Assembly: GCA_039934635.1 (NCBI GenBank)
Contig: JBDTLT010000009.1
Location: 6,697-70,696, forward strand
DNA length: 64,000 nucleotides
Reading direction: 5' to 3'
Source: Acidimicrobiales bacterium
Lineage (GTDB): Bacteria; Actinomycetota; Acidimicrobiia; Acidimicrobiales; WLNW01
Shown here: in pieces, positions 54,594 through 64,000 of the stretch
How positions within the stretch are numbered: position 1 is the stretch's first letter
Layout: each line of letters begins with the position of its first letter
The notes under the pieces: generated by a model
What the model saw: the letters and a program-made list of their open reading frames with translations, nothing else
Database searches by the model: none
What the model was told of the DNA's origin: nothing
Program-made: the position numbers and the translations under genes

Positions 54594-54624
54594 TCGGCCC
54601 CTCAAACCCTCCACCCAAGCGCCG

Positions 54625-55599
54625 ATGGCTACCCACTTCTGGCGCGCACCCGGCCAGGGCGCCGAGCAGACGGTGGAGAGGCACATGCGACGGTCGAAGC
54701 GACTCGCGACGCAGACGGGCCGATTCGGGCCCGTGCCCCTGTCGTTTCGATTCTTCGACCAGGGCGAATGGGACACCTTCAACGATCTCGTCCGGCGCGA
54801 GCTCGCTGTCCAGGGCTACACCGCCGAGTTCGCGGCGCCTGGTGAAGTGACGCTGCCCGAGATGCAGATCACCCTCGGACTCGTCAACCTCGCGCAGCAA
54901 TGCCGACAGGCCGATGACGTCGAGTGGGCGCCCATCGTGGCTCATCACATCACGCGCATCCCCCGCATCGACGAGATGCCGACCGACAAGAGCAAGGTGC
55001 TCCCGGCACTGCGCGTGCTGCTCGTACCGGACGACTACCTGCCCACCGACATCGCCACGCTGCAGATGCCTTACGCCGAGAGCGTGATCGCGACGGTAGT
55101 CGCCGACCTGCCGGCGTCGGTCCGGTCACTCGCACCGACCGATCTCGTCGACTGGGACATGAGCGAGCAGGAGATCTGGGAACGAGCGTGGGCGAACACG
55201 CGCCGCCATCCCGAGCCGATCGATGTCGCGACCATCGAGATCGCCGGCGGACCGATGACGGTCGTGCACGGAGAACACTTCTACACCGCCAGCCGCGTGC
55301 GCTGGCTCGAAGACCTCGTCGGGCCGGTCGGTCCGTTCGGTGCGCTGGTCGCCCTGCCTCGGCGCAGCACGCTGCTCGTGCACGTCATACGCGATGCCGA
55401 CGTCATGAACGCCGTCGAGCCACTGGTCCTCAACGCGCGGCTCTTGCACCTCGAAGGTCCGCGCTCGGTGAGTGCGCACGTGTACTGGTGGCGTGACGGC
55501 CAGTTGCGCTGGGTGCCGACGATCTTCGACGAGGACGACGACAGCGTCGAGTTCCATCCCCCACCCGATCTCGCCCAGGTGCTCGCCTTCGTCGCCTAA
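54625..55599 (+). CDS. Hypothetical protein (about 300-324 aa)
   Basis: The ORF has good codon bias inside a co-directional operon. I recognise no motif. The start is uncertain (ATG at 54625 or 54685). Confidence 0.6.
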   Translation: MATHFWRAPGQGAEQTVERHMRRSKRLATQTGRFGPVPLSFRFFDQGEWDTFNDLVRRELAVQGYTAEFAAPGEVTLPEMQITLGLVNLAQQCRQADDVEWAPIVAHHITRIPRIDEMPTDKSKVLPALRVLLVPDDYLPTDIATLQMPYAESVIATVVADLPASVRSLAPTDLVDWDMSEQEIWERAWANTRRHPEPIDVATIEIAGGPMTVVHGEHFYTASRVRWLEDLVGPVGPFGALVALPRRSTLLVHVIRDADVMNAVEPLVLNARLLHLEGPRSVSAHVYWWRDGQLRWVPTIFDEDDDSVEFHPPPDLAQVLAFVA

Positions 55600-55608
55600 C
55601 TTGGTGGC

Positions 55609-56805
55609 ATGATCGTCGTCGACACCACGGATCTCGCGTTCTCGCGTGATCCGCACGAGATCTTGCGCCAGGCGCGGGTCCGCAGCCCGATTGCTTTCGA
55701 TGCGTTCGGCACGCCGATGCTCTTGCGCTATGCCGACGTCGATGCGGCGCTCAAAGATCCGCGCTTCGTGAACGACTACGACGTGCTCATCACGCGGCAC
55801 GGCATCACGAGCGGGCCGTTGTACGACTGGTGGAAGCTGGCGATGCTCAACACCAATCCGCCGGTGCACACACGGTTGCGCAGCCTTGCGAGCCGGGCGT
55901 TCACCCCACGCGCCGCGAACGGCACGCGTGCCCGCATGCGGGCACTGACCGTCGAGCGCCTGCAGGTCTACGACGGCCGCGATTCGATCGATCTGATCGA
56001 CGACATCACCGAATCACTGCCGCTCACCATCGTCTGCGACATGATCGGCGTGCCTCGCGACGATCACGGGGCATTCCACCAATGGGTGGCCGACATCGGG
56101 CTGATGTTCTCCGACTCGATCCCCGACGAGAATCGCGTTCGCGCCGAACACGCGATGTTCGCGTTAGGCGACTACGTCGTGGCGATGATCGAGCACAGGC
56201 GGCGCGCCCCCGACGAGTCACTGATGAGCATGCTCATCGCCGCCGAAGAAGGGGGCGATCGACTGAGCTATGACGAACTGGTCGCACTCGTGGTCAACCT
56301 GATGCTCGGCGCACTCGACACTTCGCGCAGCGCACTGTCGATCGGGCTGTGGCTGCTGTGGACGCACGGGTTGCGCACTGTCACACCCGCGTTGATCGAA
56401 GAGATCCTGCGCTACGAGCCGCCGTCGGGTGAATTACGGCGCACGGCCGGCGAAGATTTCGAGCTGTGCGGCGTACCCGTCAAAGCCGGCACGAGCGTGG
56501 CGTTGTCGGTGATGGCGGCCAACCGCGATGCATCCGCCTACGACGATGCCGACGACTTCGTCGCCGATCGCTACGAAGCCGGCCCGAGCGCGAAGGCCAC
56601 AACCAAGCCACACCTCACGTTCGGCAGAGGATCGCACTTCTGCCTCGGCCAAGCGATCGCGCGCGTCGAGATGCACGAAGTGCTCGACGTCATCCTCACT
56701 CGCTATCCCGATCTCGAGGTGCTGACCGACTCGCCACAGTGGGTACCATTCCTGCGGGTGCGCCGGTTCGAGCAGTTGCCGGTTCGGTTGGGTGATCCGT
56801 CGTGA
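55609..56805 (+). CDS. Cytochrome P450
   Basis: The heme loop is FGRGSHFCLGQAIA and the EXXR is EEILRYEPP. The stop overlaps the amidase start (GTGA). Confidence 0.9.
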   Translation: MIVVDTTDLAFSRDPHEILRQARVRSPIAFDAFGTPMLLRYADVDAALKDPRFVNDYDVLITRHGITSGPLYDWWKLAMLNTNPPVHTRLRSLASRAFTPRAANGTRARMRALTVERLQVYDGRDSIDLIDDITESLPLTIVCDMIGVPRDDHGAFHQWVADIGLMFSDSIPDENRVRAEHAMFALGDYVVAMIEHRRRAPDESLMSMLIAAEEGGDRLSYDELVALVVNLMLGALDTSRSALSIGLWLLWTHGLRTVTPALIEEILRYEPPSGELRRTAGEDFELCGVPVKAGTSVALSVMAANRDASAYDDADDFVADRYEAGPSAKATTKPHLTFGRGSHFCLGQAIARVEMHEVLDVILTRYPDLEVLTDSPQWVPFLRVRRFEQLPVRLGDPS

Positions 56806-58256
56806 ACGATGCAATGACTCAGGCCGCGATGGTGCGGCGCGGTGAGTGCTCTCCCCTCGAATTGGTCGACGAAGCCATCGCGCGAATCGAGGCAGTCAAC
56901 CCGGCGATCAACGCGGTCATCCATACGCGCTTCGCGCAGGCACGCGAAGAAGCGCGCCGTCTCCAATCGAGCCGTGTCGAAGCCAGCACCGCCGGCCCAT
57001 TCCGCGGCGTGCCGATCGTCGTGAAGGATTCGACCTGCCCGATCGCGGGCGAACCGCTGCACGAAGGTCTGCAGGCCGCCAAAGATGCCGACTACCGCGC
57101 GCCCGCGAACAGCTGGCTGACCGACCGTCTCATCAGCGCCGGTTTCGTGATCGTCGGGCGCACCAACGTGCCCGAGTTGTGCACCCACGCGACCACTGAG
57201 CCCGTGGCGTACGGGCCGACGCGCAACCCATGGGCAACCGATCACAGTGCGGGCGGGTCGAGCGGTGGCTCGGGAGCCGCAGTCGCGGCCGGTATGGTCG
57301 CGATCGGCCACGGCACCGACGGCGGTGGTTCGGTGCGCACGCCGGCGGCGTTCTGCGGGCTAGTCGGGCTCAAACCGACGCGAGGCCGCATCTCCAACGC
57401 ACCCGACAGCGCGGAGCATTGGGCGGGCCTTTCGACCGACGGCTTCGTGACGCGGACAGTGCGTGACAGCGCCGCGGTGCTCGACGCGGTGTGCGGCAGT
57501 TCTCCCGGCGATCCCTACACGACACCGCTCACTGCCTCGCTCTCGGCAGCGCTCGACGGCGCGCCGCTCGAGCGGCCTTCTGAGCGGGAAGCGCGGCCGC
57601 GCCTGCGCGTCGGCGTACGGCTGCGCGGCGCCAACGAGGGCATCGACGCGCATCCCGAGGTGGCGCGTTCCATTCGCCAGATCGCCGATCTGCTCGCCGC
57701 ACACGGTCACGACGTCGTCGAGGCCGCGCCGGTCGCGCTCGACGAGGTCGAGGCGGTCGCACAACAAGGCGTCGTGGTCGCCGCCTGCATCGCCGCCGAG
57801 CTCGACGCATGGTCGGCCCGACTTGGCCGAGAGATCACACTCGACGAGATCGAGCCCCGCAATCGCATGAGCGTGAACAACGGGCGATTGGTCACCGGCG
57901 CGCAATATGTCGCCGCCCGCGAGTGGCTCCACGGTTGGGGACGACGCTTGCATGCGTGGTGGGACGACTTCGATCTGCTGCTCACCCCCACCGTGACCCA
58001 ACCACCGGTCAAGATCGGCGCATTGCCGTTCGATCCGAGTGCCCAGGACATGGCCAACATGCGCCGCGAGCTCGGTTGGCTCATGGGTATGTGGAACGTG
58101 TCGGGGCAACCAGCGATCAGCGTCCCTGCCGCGCAAACCAGCGACGGCCTGCCCATCGGCGCGCAGTTGGTCGCGGCGTGGGCTCGCGAGGATCTGTTGT
58201 TGCAGACGGCGGCCCTCATCGAGCGGGCACAGCCGTGGCCCCTCGTCGCCCCATAG
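56802..58256 (+). CDS. Amidase (amidase-signature family)
   Basis: The AS signature is GGSSGGSGAAVAAGMVAIGHGTDGGGSVRTPAAFCGLVGLKPTRGRIS. The catalytic Lys context is VVKDS. Confidence 0.9.
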   Translation: MNDAMTQAAMVRRGECSPLELVDEAIARIEAVNPAINAVIHTRFAQAREEARRLQSSRVEASTAGPFRGVPIVVKDSTCPIAGEPLHEGLQAAKDADYRAPANSWLTDRLISAGFVIVGRTNVPELCTHATTEPVAYGPTRNPWATDHSAGGSSGGSGAAVAAGMVAIGHGTDGGGSVRTPAAFCGLVGLKPTRGRISNAPDSAEHWAGLSTDGFVTRTVRDSAAVLDAVCGSSPGDPYTTPLTASLSAALDGAPLERPSEREARPRLRVGVRLRGANEGIDAHPEVARSIRQIADLLAAHGHDVVEAAPVALDEVEAVAQQGVVVAACIAAELDAWSARLGREITLDEIEPRNRMSVNNGRLVTGAQYVAAREWLHGWGRRLHAWWDDFDLLLTPTVTQPPVKIGALPFDPSAQDMANMRRELGWLMGMWNVSGQPAISVPAAQTSDGLPIGAQLVAAWAREDLLLQTAALIERAQPWPLVAP

Positions 58257-58332
58257 CTCTGCGCTCGCAGGTGCATTTGGCAGGGCCACGCGGCCCGCAT
58301 GAAGATGGCAGTGGGCCAGCGAAGGGGACACG

Positions 58333-60588
58333 ATGAGCGGAAGCATTCTCGGTACGCGGGTCAAGCGGATCGAAGACCCGAAGATGCTCACGGCGGGCGG
58401 CAGCTACATCAACGATCTCCGCCTCGATCATGCGCTGTTCGTGACGTATGTGCGCTCGACGATGGCGCACGCGCGGCTGCGCTCGATCGATGTCGAAAAC
58501 GCCCGATCGGCCGATGGTGTCGTCGCCGTGTACACGTTCCCCGATCTCGCAATGCCGCCGTCGCCACCGATGATGCCGTTCATGAACCAGGCGATGCTGC
58601 GTCCGATGCTGGCGCACGAAACGGTGCGCTTCGTCGGCGAACCGATCGTGGCCATCCTGGCCGAGACCCGTCAGGCCGGTGTCGACGCGGCAGAGTTGGT
58701 GATGATCGACTACGACCCATTGCCGGTCGTCGTCGATCCTGAGGTTGCGTGCGCCGACGAGATGCTGCTCTTCCCCGAAGTCGGCACCAACATCGTGTGC
58801 GAGATCCCACTGGCAGGCCCCGATGACCTGTTCGCCGACTGCGAAGTGATCGTCGAAGCACGGATCATCAGCAACCGGTTGGCGCCGGCTCCGATGGAAC
58901 CACGCGTCGCGGCCGCGGACTGGGACGGCACGCGCCTCACGCAATGGGCGGCGGGTCAAGGCGTGTTCGGCGCGCAAGGCGGCATCGCCCGTCTCAATGG
59001 GCTCGACATCTCGCAGGTGCGCATCATCACGCCCGACGTCGGCGGATCCTTCGGCGCCAAAGGCGGCACGTCGCCCGAAGAACTGCTCGTTGGTTGGTTG
59101 TCGTGCAAACACAACCGGCCGGTGCGCTGGTTCGAGACCCGCACCGAGAACATGACCGCCATGGCGCACGGCCGGGCGCAGGTCCAATACGCAAAGCTCG
59201 GTGGCACTCGCGATGGTCGTTTCCTTGCGTACTCCCTCAAGGTGATTCAGGAAAGCGGCGGCTACCCGTCGCTCGGTGCGTTGCTCCCCAACTTCACGAA
59301 GTTGATGGCGTCGGGTACGTACGCAATCGAAAAGGTCGCAACCGAAGCGGTCACCGTGCTCACCAACACCACACCGGTCGGCGCTTACCGCGGGGCAGGC
59401 CGTCCCGAGGCAACCGCCGCGCTCGAGCGCGTCGTCGACATGTACGCCGTCGAGATCGGCATGGACCCGGGCGACTTGCGCCGGCGCAACGTGATCAATC
59501 CGGCGGCGTTCCCGTACACCACGCCCACCGGCGCGGCCTACGACAGCGGCGAGTATGCCGCGGCGATCGACCGCGTACTCGACGCGGCCGGCTATGCCGA
59601 CCTCCGCGCCGAACAACTCGCGCGCCGTCGCGCCGGTGATACCAAGATGCTCGGCATCGGTTTGGCGTCCTACGTCGAGGTCACCAACCCAATGGGCAGC
59701 GGCGAATGGGCGAGTTTCGAGGTGAAGAACGACGGCGGTGCGATCGTGCGCTCAGGGGTCTCGTCGCACGGCCAAGGGCTCGGCACCGCATTCGTGATGC
59801 TCGCGAGTGAGCGCACGGGCATTCCGATCGAGCGCATGGAATACCACCAGAGCGACACCGACGAGATCCCGCGCGGTGGCGGCACCGGTGGATCGCGTTC
59901 ACTGCAGGTCGGTGGCTCGGCAGTCGCGGGCGCGACCGATCTGGTCGTCGAGACCGCACGCAAGCTGGCGGCGGATCAACTCGAAGCCAACGTCGACGAT
60001 GTGGTACTCGATATCGACAACGGCAACTTCCATGTGGTCGGCACACCGGCGAAATCTGTCGGATGGGCCGAGATCGCGAGCGCACAGGACGCTCCCTTGG
60101 TCGAAGAGTTCGATTTCAAGCCAGGCGGTGCGACCTTCCCCTTCGGGGCGCACGTCGCCGTCGTCGAAGTCGACCGCGACACCGGCAATGTCACCGTGCA
60201 ACGACTGGTCGCGGTCGACGACTGCGGCGTCATCGTCAATCCGTTGCTCGCCGACGGTCAGGTGCACGGGGGTCTCGCGCAGGGCATCGCGCAAGCGCTC
60301 ATCGAAGAGGTGCGCTACGACGAGCTCGGCAATCCGCTCACCGCCAACTTCGCGGACTACGGCATCATCTCTGCGGCGGAACTGCCCTCGTTCGAACGGC
60401 ACCCGATGGAGACGCCGACACCGCGCAATCCGCTGGGGGCCAAGGGCATCGGCGAGTCGGGCACCATCGGCTCCACTCCTGCGGTGCAAAACGCGGTGAT
60501 CGACGCGCTGTCGCACCTGGGTGTCCGCCACCTCGACATGCCCTTCACCGCCGAGCGCGTGTGGCGCGCGATCAACTCGAACCCCTGA
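58333..60588 (+). CDS. Molybdopterin-dependent oxidoreductase, xanthine dehydrogenase/CoxL-like large subunit (form-II loop AYRGAGR)
   Basis: ILGTRVKRIEDPKMLTAGGSYIND, ...[14 protein letters not shown] and ...[13 protein letters not shown] are present. A GAAGGGGA SD precedes the ATG. Confidence 0.9.
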   Translation: MSGSILGTRVKRIEDPKMLTAGGSYINDLRLDHALFVTYVRSTMAHARLRSIDVENARSADGVVAVYTFPDLAMPPSPPMMPFMNQAMLRPMLAHETVRFVGEPIVAILAETRQAGVDAAELVMIDYDPLPVVVDPEVACADEMLLFPEVGTNIVCEIPLAGPDDLFADCEVIVEARIISNRLAPAPMEPRVAAADWDGTRLTQWAAGQGVFGAQGGIARLNGLDISQVRIITPDVGGSFGAKGGTSPEELLVGWLSCKHNRPVRWFETRTENMTAMAHGRAQVQYAKLGGTRDGRFLAYSLKVIQESGGYPSLGALLPNFTKLMASGTYAIEKVATEAVTVLTNTTPVGAYRGAGRPEATAALERVVDMYAVEIGMDPGDLRRRNVINPAAFPYTTPTGAAYDSGEYAAAIDRVLDAAGYADLRAEQLARRRAGDTKMLGIGLASYVEVTNPMGSGEWASFEVKNDGGAIVRSGVSSHGQGLGTAFVMLASERTGIPIERMEYHQSDTDEIPRGGGTGGSRSLQVGGSAVAGATDLVVETARKLAADQLEANVDDVVLDIDNGNFHVVGTPAKSVGWAEIASAQDAPLVEEFDFKPGGATFPFGAHVAVVEVDRDTGNVTVQRLVAVDDCGVIVNPLLADGQVHGGLAQGIAQALIEEVRYDELGNPLTANFADYGIISAAELPSFERHPMETPTPRNPLGAKGIGESGTIGSTPAVQNAVIDALSHLGVRHLDMPFTAERVWRAINSNP

Positions 60589-61577
60589 TGCGCATCCTCG
60601 TCAGCGAAGCCATCTTCCGCGACTACGGCGACGAGCTACTCGCCGCGGCGCCCGACGCCACCTTCGTGCGGCTGCTGCCCGACGGCACGGTCACCGACGA
60701 CGGGCCGGTCGACATCGTGTTCATCTCGAACGACATCTTCTATGGCCCGGTCAAGGCGTGTATGCAGATCGTGGTCGACACACCGCAACTCGCATGGCTG
60801 CAATCGGCGGCCGCGGGCGTCGAGGCCCCGGCCTTCCGGACGCAGCTCGAGCGGGGCGGCCGTCTCACGCGAGCTCACGTGACGGCCGTGCCGATCTCCG
60901 AGTACGTGATGCAGGCAGTGCTCGCCTCGTTCCAACAACCGCAGCGTCTCGCCGAACAGCGCGCCGCGCGTGTGTGGCAACACGTGCCGTTCCGCGAGGT
61001 GTGGCGCACGACGTGGCTCATCGTTGGCCTCGGCTCGATCGGGCGCGAGGTGGCGCAACGGGCCCGCGCGTTCGATGCGCACGTCATCGGAGTGCGCCGC
61101 ACACCCGATGGCACCGAACCAGTCGACGAGATCCTGGCGTCGGATCGCATGCTCGACGCGGTGGCCCGCGCCGACGTCGTCGTCATCGCGGCAGAGCTCA
61201 ACGACGGCAACCGTCATCTCGTCGATGCGACGTTCCTCGCCGCGATGCGGCCCGGCTCGTGTTTCGTCAACGTCGCGCGCGGGGGGTTGGTCGACGAAGC
61301 TGCGCTGCTCGAGGCGCTCGCACGCGATGCGCCGGCGAGCGCGGTGCTCGACGTGTTCGAAACCGAACCCTTGCCGCGCGACAGCGTGTGGTGGACGCAT
61401 CCCAAGGTGATCATGTCGCCGCACTCGTCGGGCGGTGGCAACGGCCGGCTCGTGCGCGCCACCGAGGTGTTCCTCGAAAACCTACGGCGCTATCGCGACG
61501 GGCGCGAGTTGCTGTACGAAGTGCGCCTGACCGATCTACCCGCCCAACCGACCGTCTGGCACGTCGAAAAACGGTAG
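60588..61577 (+). CDS. D-isomer-specific 2-hydroxyacid dehydrogenase family, NAD-binding protein
   Basis: I trimmed ORF 60063..61577 to the ATG at 60588 (TGATG overlap with the CoxL-like stop). GLGSIGREVA, NVARGGLVDE and SPHSSG are present. Confidence 0.85.
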   Translation: MRILVSEAIFRDYGDELLAAAPDATFVRLLPDGTVTDDGPVDIVFISNDIFYGPVKACMQIVVDTPQLAWLQSAAAGVEAPAFRTQLERGGRLTRAHVTAVPISEYVMQAVLASFQQPQRLAEQRAARVWQHVPFREVWRTTWLIVGLGSIGREVAQRARAFDAHVIGVRRTPDGTEPVDEILASDRMLDAVARADVVVIAAELNDGNRHLVDATFLAAMRPGSCFVNVARGGLVDEAALLEALARDAPASAVLDVFETEPLPRDSVWWTHPKVIMSPHSSGGGNGRLVRATEVFLENLRRYRDGRELLYEVRLTDLPAQPTVWHVEKR

Positions 61578-61597
61578 CGGGACCGCGCGATCGGCTA

Positions 61598-62380
61598 CTA
61601 ACGCAGGTCCATCACCTTGTCGAAGTCGTGGAGTGCGCCGCCCTCGAGGAACGGCGGCTTGTCCTTTTCGATCGACATGTACGACGCGTCGCGGCGGTAG
61701 TTGAGGAAGCCGAAGCCGTGCTCGCCGCCCTTGAAGCGATAGCGCCGGTCACCGGCAATGCCGATCGCGTCGCCGGCCTCGAGGATGGTCTGACCCACCT
61801 GGATCGCGCCCGACAACAAGTAGATGATTTCGTCTTCGGAGTGGCTGTGCGGTGACGACAGGTACGCGTCTTCGCGCGATGTGTACAGCAGTGTGATGCG
61901 CGACGTCGGGAACGTGGAGTCGGCGTAGAACTTGGATGCTCGTCCCGGCTGAATCAACGCGTAGGTGCCACCGGGGCCAACGACGTGCACGGTGCGACCT
62001 TCTTCGGCGGGGGGACCGTACGCCCCGGTCGTCGGCGGGTTCGGGTCCCACGGACCGAAGTGCACAACGGTCGTCGGCTCGTCGGCGCGCACGAGCGCGG
62101 GCACACCGGCCTCGAGAATGAGCGTGCCGTCGACGGGACAAACACGACCGTCGATCGACAACGACCCTTTCTTGACGTAGACGGCTTCGTCACCGTGCGT
62201 CGCGTTCCACTCGAGCTCGACGCCGGCATCGAGCTCGGCCGTGAGCGACCACAACGGAAACTCGCGCGGCGACATCATGCGGCTAGTGCAGTTGCCCCGA
62301 GCGACGACCGTCGGCGCGGCATACCCCGCGCGATAGTCGACGTCTCCTTGGGCGGTGATCCACAGATCGAGTGTTTCCAT
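61598..62380 (-). CDS. Bicupin-like protein of unknown function
   Basis: There appear to be two cupin-like halves (...HGDEAVYVKKGSL... and ...PHSHSEDEIIYLLSGAI...). The family assignment is tentative. Confidence 0.65.
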   Translation of the reverse strand: METLDLWITAQGDVDYRAGYAAPTVVARGNCTSRMMSPREFPLWSLTAELDAGVELEWNATHGDEAVYVKKGSLSIDGRVCPVDGTLILEAGVPALVRADEPTTVVHFGPWDPNPPTTGAYGPPAEEGRTVHVVGPGGTYALIQPGRASKFYADSTFPTSRITLLYTSREDAYLSSPHSHSEDEIIYLLSGAIQVGQTILEAGDAIGIAGDRRYRFKGGEHGFGFLNYRRDASYMSIEKDKPPFLEGGALHDFDKVMDLR

Positions 62381-62398
62381 GCGTTGAGTGTGCCCGAT

Positions 62399-63175
62399 TC
62401 AGCCCGGTCTTGTCGACCGTGACCGGGTCGCCGCGAGGCGCTCGCGCCGCAGCTCTTCGGTCGCGGCAACGACCTCGTGTTCGAGGGGATCGAGCGGACC
62501 GACGATCATCGCCAGCAGCCAATCGGCCAGGGCCGGGTTGCGGGCCAGTACGGGGCCGTGCGCGTAGGTCGCGACGACGCGCTCGGCCACCGCGCCTTCA
62601 GTCGGTGCTCCGGGGTCGGTTTTGCGCTCCGCAGGGCGCTCGGGCCGGCCGTTGCCCACCCCTTCGAGCACCCGGCCGAGCACACGGGCATCGCGGCCGA
62701 CCGCGGTCACTCCCTGATGGTTCTCGAAGCCGGAGATGAGCGGCAGACCGAGGGACGCGTCGGGCTCGATCAACAGCTCACCGACCGCGCGAGGCCCGGC
62801 ACCGACGGTCGTCGTGACATCGAGCAGCCCGAGCCCCGCCTCGTCGCCTTCGGCGCCCGGAAACGACTGGCCCACGATCTGATAGCCGGCACACACCGCG
62901 AAGATCACCGCGCCGCGCGAGTGCGCGCGGTTGATCGCGCCGCTGGCGCGCAGCTCGCGGGCGGCAAGTGTCTGGGGACGATCTTCGCCCCCACCGAGCA
63001 GGTAGAGGTCAGCCGTCTCAGGAAGCGCGGCGGCGTCGCCACACTCGATGCGCTCGACCGCGATGCCGCGCCAGCGCAACCGGTGTTCGAGCACGATGCC
63101 GTTGCCCCCGTCGCCATAGGTGCCGAGAAGCTCGGGCAACACGACGGCGATGCGTACCGCTGACACACGCGTCAT
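62399..63175 (-). CDS. gatD: Lipid II isoglutaminyl synthase, glutaminase subunit (CobB/CobQ-like GATase)
   Basis: IAVVLPELLGTYGDGGN, the nucleophile segment AVCAGYQ and a His in TYAHGPVL are present. Its start overlaps the MurT stop. Confidence 0.85.
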   Translation of the reverse strand: MTRVSAVRIAVVLPELLGTYGDGGNGIVLEHRLRWRGIAVERIECGDAAALPETADLYLLGGGEDRPQTLAARELRASGAINRAHSRGAVIFAVCAGYQIVGQSFPGAEGDEAGLGLLDVTTTVGAGPRAVGELLIEPDASLGLPLISGFENHQGVTAVGRDARVLGRVLEGVGNGRPERPAERKTDPGAPTEGAVAERVVATYAHGPVLARNPALADWLLAMIVGPLDPLEHEVVAATEELRRERLAATRSRSTRPG

Positions 63176-64000
63176 CGTGCGACTCCCAACGCGCGGCGAA
63201 CCTCACGAAATGCCGTGTAGTTCGCAACGACATCACGGTCGTCGGCGCGGGCGAGGTCCAGCGCACGAGCGAGGTCGGGCTCGGTCACGACGTCGACGTC
63301 CGCGTAGAGCAGGCGCACTGCGAGATCGTGACACCGCCGTCCGGAGGCAATCGCCTGCCTACCCCGCAATCGCTCGAACGGCACGTCCCACAGCCACGAC
63401 GTGTCCTTGCCGTCGGCGATCTCGGCATTGATGACGATCAACACCCGCCGCGTCGACTGCATCAACAACTCGATGATCTCGATCCACCCGGCGGGATTCT
63501 TCGAAAGGTAGAGCCGGGCAGTGCTGCTGTCGCCCCACACGTAGTCGTAGCGTCCCTCGATGGCGCGGATCGATGTCATTGCGTCGAGCGCGGTGCGGAT
63601 GGAAATGCCGATCGCGTCGGCCGCCGCCAACGCCATCACCGCGTTGGTCTGGTTGTGACGGCCGGGTACTCCGAGTACGACGGGCAAATCACCCACGTCT
63701 CTGCCCTCGACGACGAGGCCACCGTCGGCGGTGATCGACCACTGCGCGTCGGGGCGAGCAAGATCGCACTGCGTACATTTCCAGTCGGCGCCGTCGAAAT
63801 GGATGCGCGCTCCGCAGTTCGGACAACTGGTCGCGTCGACTTTCCAGTTACTACCCGCGGCCACCCACACGACGTGCGGCGACGATCGTGCCGCGAACAC
63901 CACTGCGGGGTCGTCGGCGTTGGCGACGACCGTCGTGGCGGGCGATGCGGCGATCCCCTGCCGCCACCGTTCGGCGGTCTTGCGGACTTCGGCGACCCGA
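63172..64000 (-). CDS. murT: Lipid II isoglutaminyl synthase, Mur-ligase-like subunit MurT; 3' part only, the 5' end is off-window
   Basis: The Zn-ribbon is CPNCGARIHFDGADWKCTQC. The DUF1727 segment is NAEIADGKDTSWLWDVPFE. The frame stays open to the window edge. Confidence 0.85.
   Translation of the reverse strand, partial: RVAEVRKTAERWRQGIAASPATTVVANADDPAVVFAARSSPHVVWVAAGSNWKVDATSCPNCGARIHFDGADWKCTQCDLARPDAQWSITADGGLVVEGRDVGDLPVVLGVPGRHNQTNAVMALAAADAIGISIRTALDAMTSIRAIEGRYDYVWGDSSTARLYLSKNPAGWIEIIELLMQSTRRVLIVINAEIADGKDTSWLWDVPFERLRGRQAIASGRRCHDLAVRLLYADVDVVTEPDLARALDLARADDRDVVANYTAFREVRRALGVAR

Noticed and set aside
60063-60587. The 504-aa ORF 60063..61577 extends the 2-hydroxyacid dehydrogenase by 175 codons.
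   Set aside because: The extension is an Arg-rich alternate frame of the CoxL-like gene. The ATG at 60588 overlaps that gene's stop and begins the recognisable domain.
1-64000. I looked for CRISPR arrays, tRNA/rRNA genes, IS elements, integrases, phage genes, toxin-antitoxin pairs and known defence-system hallmarks.
   Set aside because: I saw no spaced direct repeats, no tRNA-like sequence in the short (<110 bp) intergenic gaps, and no transposase, recombinase, nuclease or ATPase motifs. GC content appears uniform apart from a few short promoter-like patches.

Overview
This is a high-GC (roughly two-thirds G+C by eye), gene-dense chromosomal segment that looks like Actinomycetota. Supporting signs are frequent ATGA/GTGA/TGATG start-stop overlaps, Thr/Pro-rich lipoprotein linkers, a GatD/MurT pair and many GTG starts. 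I support about 55 protein-coding genes. I found no rRNA, tRNA, CRISPR array, transposase or integrase. Many long ORFs in the six-frame track are antisense or alternate-frame artefacts of the GC content. Several called ORFs also carry false N-terminal extensions, which I trimmed.

Most of the content is a catabolic enzyme mosaic:
- 4 family-III CoA-transferases
- 3 cytochrome P450s
- 3 Amidohydro_2 paralogs
- 3 SDRs
- 2 crotonases
- a Rieske oxygenase
- an epoxide hydrolase
- an amidase
- 2 orphan CoxL-like molybdoenzymes
- 2 DHA2 MFS pumps

There is also a cell-envelope block: a GT-C glycosyltransferase, Ser/Thr-rich lipoproteins, a secreted esterase, and an acyltransferase-3/beta-lactamase-fold fusion.

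Most noteworthy:
1. Two separate genes are each split by the ORF caller at an in-frame TGA that sits about 10-12 nt upstream of a SECIS-like hairpin. One is a small U-G-S-C redox-motif protein (4770-5309) in an operon with an uncharacterised 332-aa Cys-rich protein. The other is a formate dehydrogenase catalytic subunit (41493-43415).
2. The formate dehydrogenase alpha subunit is split at the Fe4S4/MopB junction, and its modules are encoded in permuted order around a NuoE-NuoF fusion.
3. A tightly packed minus-strand cluster (25444->20929) encodes an enlarged WXG100-like protein, a small helical protein and a 474-aa unknown protein with a matching N-terminal motif. These are followed by a bona fide formylglycine-generating enzyme and a lipoprotein. 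No ESX core gene or sulfatase is in the window.
4. A fused E1-alpha/beta 2-oxoacid dehydrogenase is paired with an E2 that has no lipoyl domain.

All functional calls come from motif recognition by eye. No database search was run.
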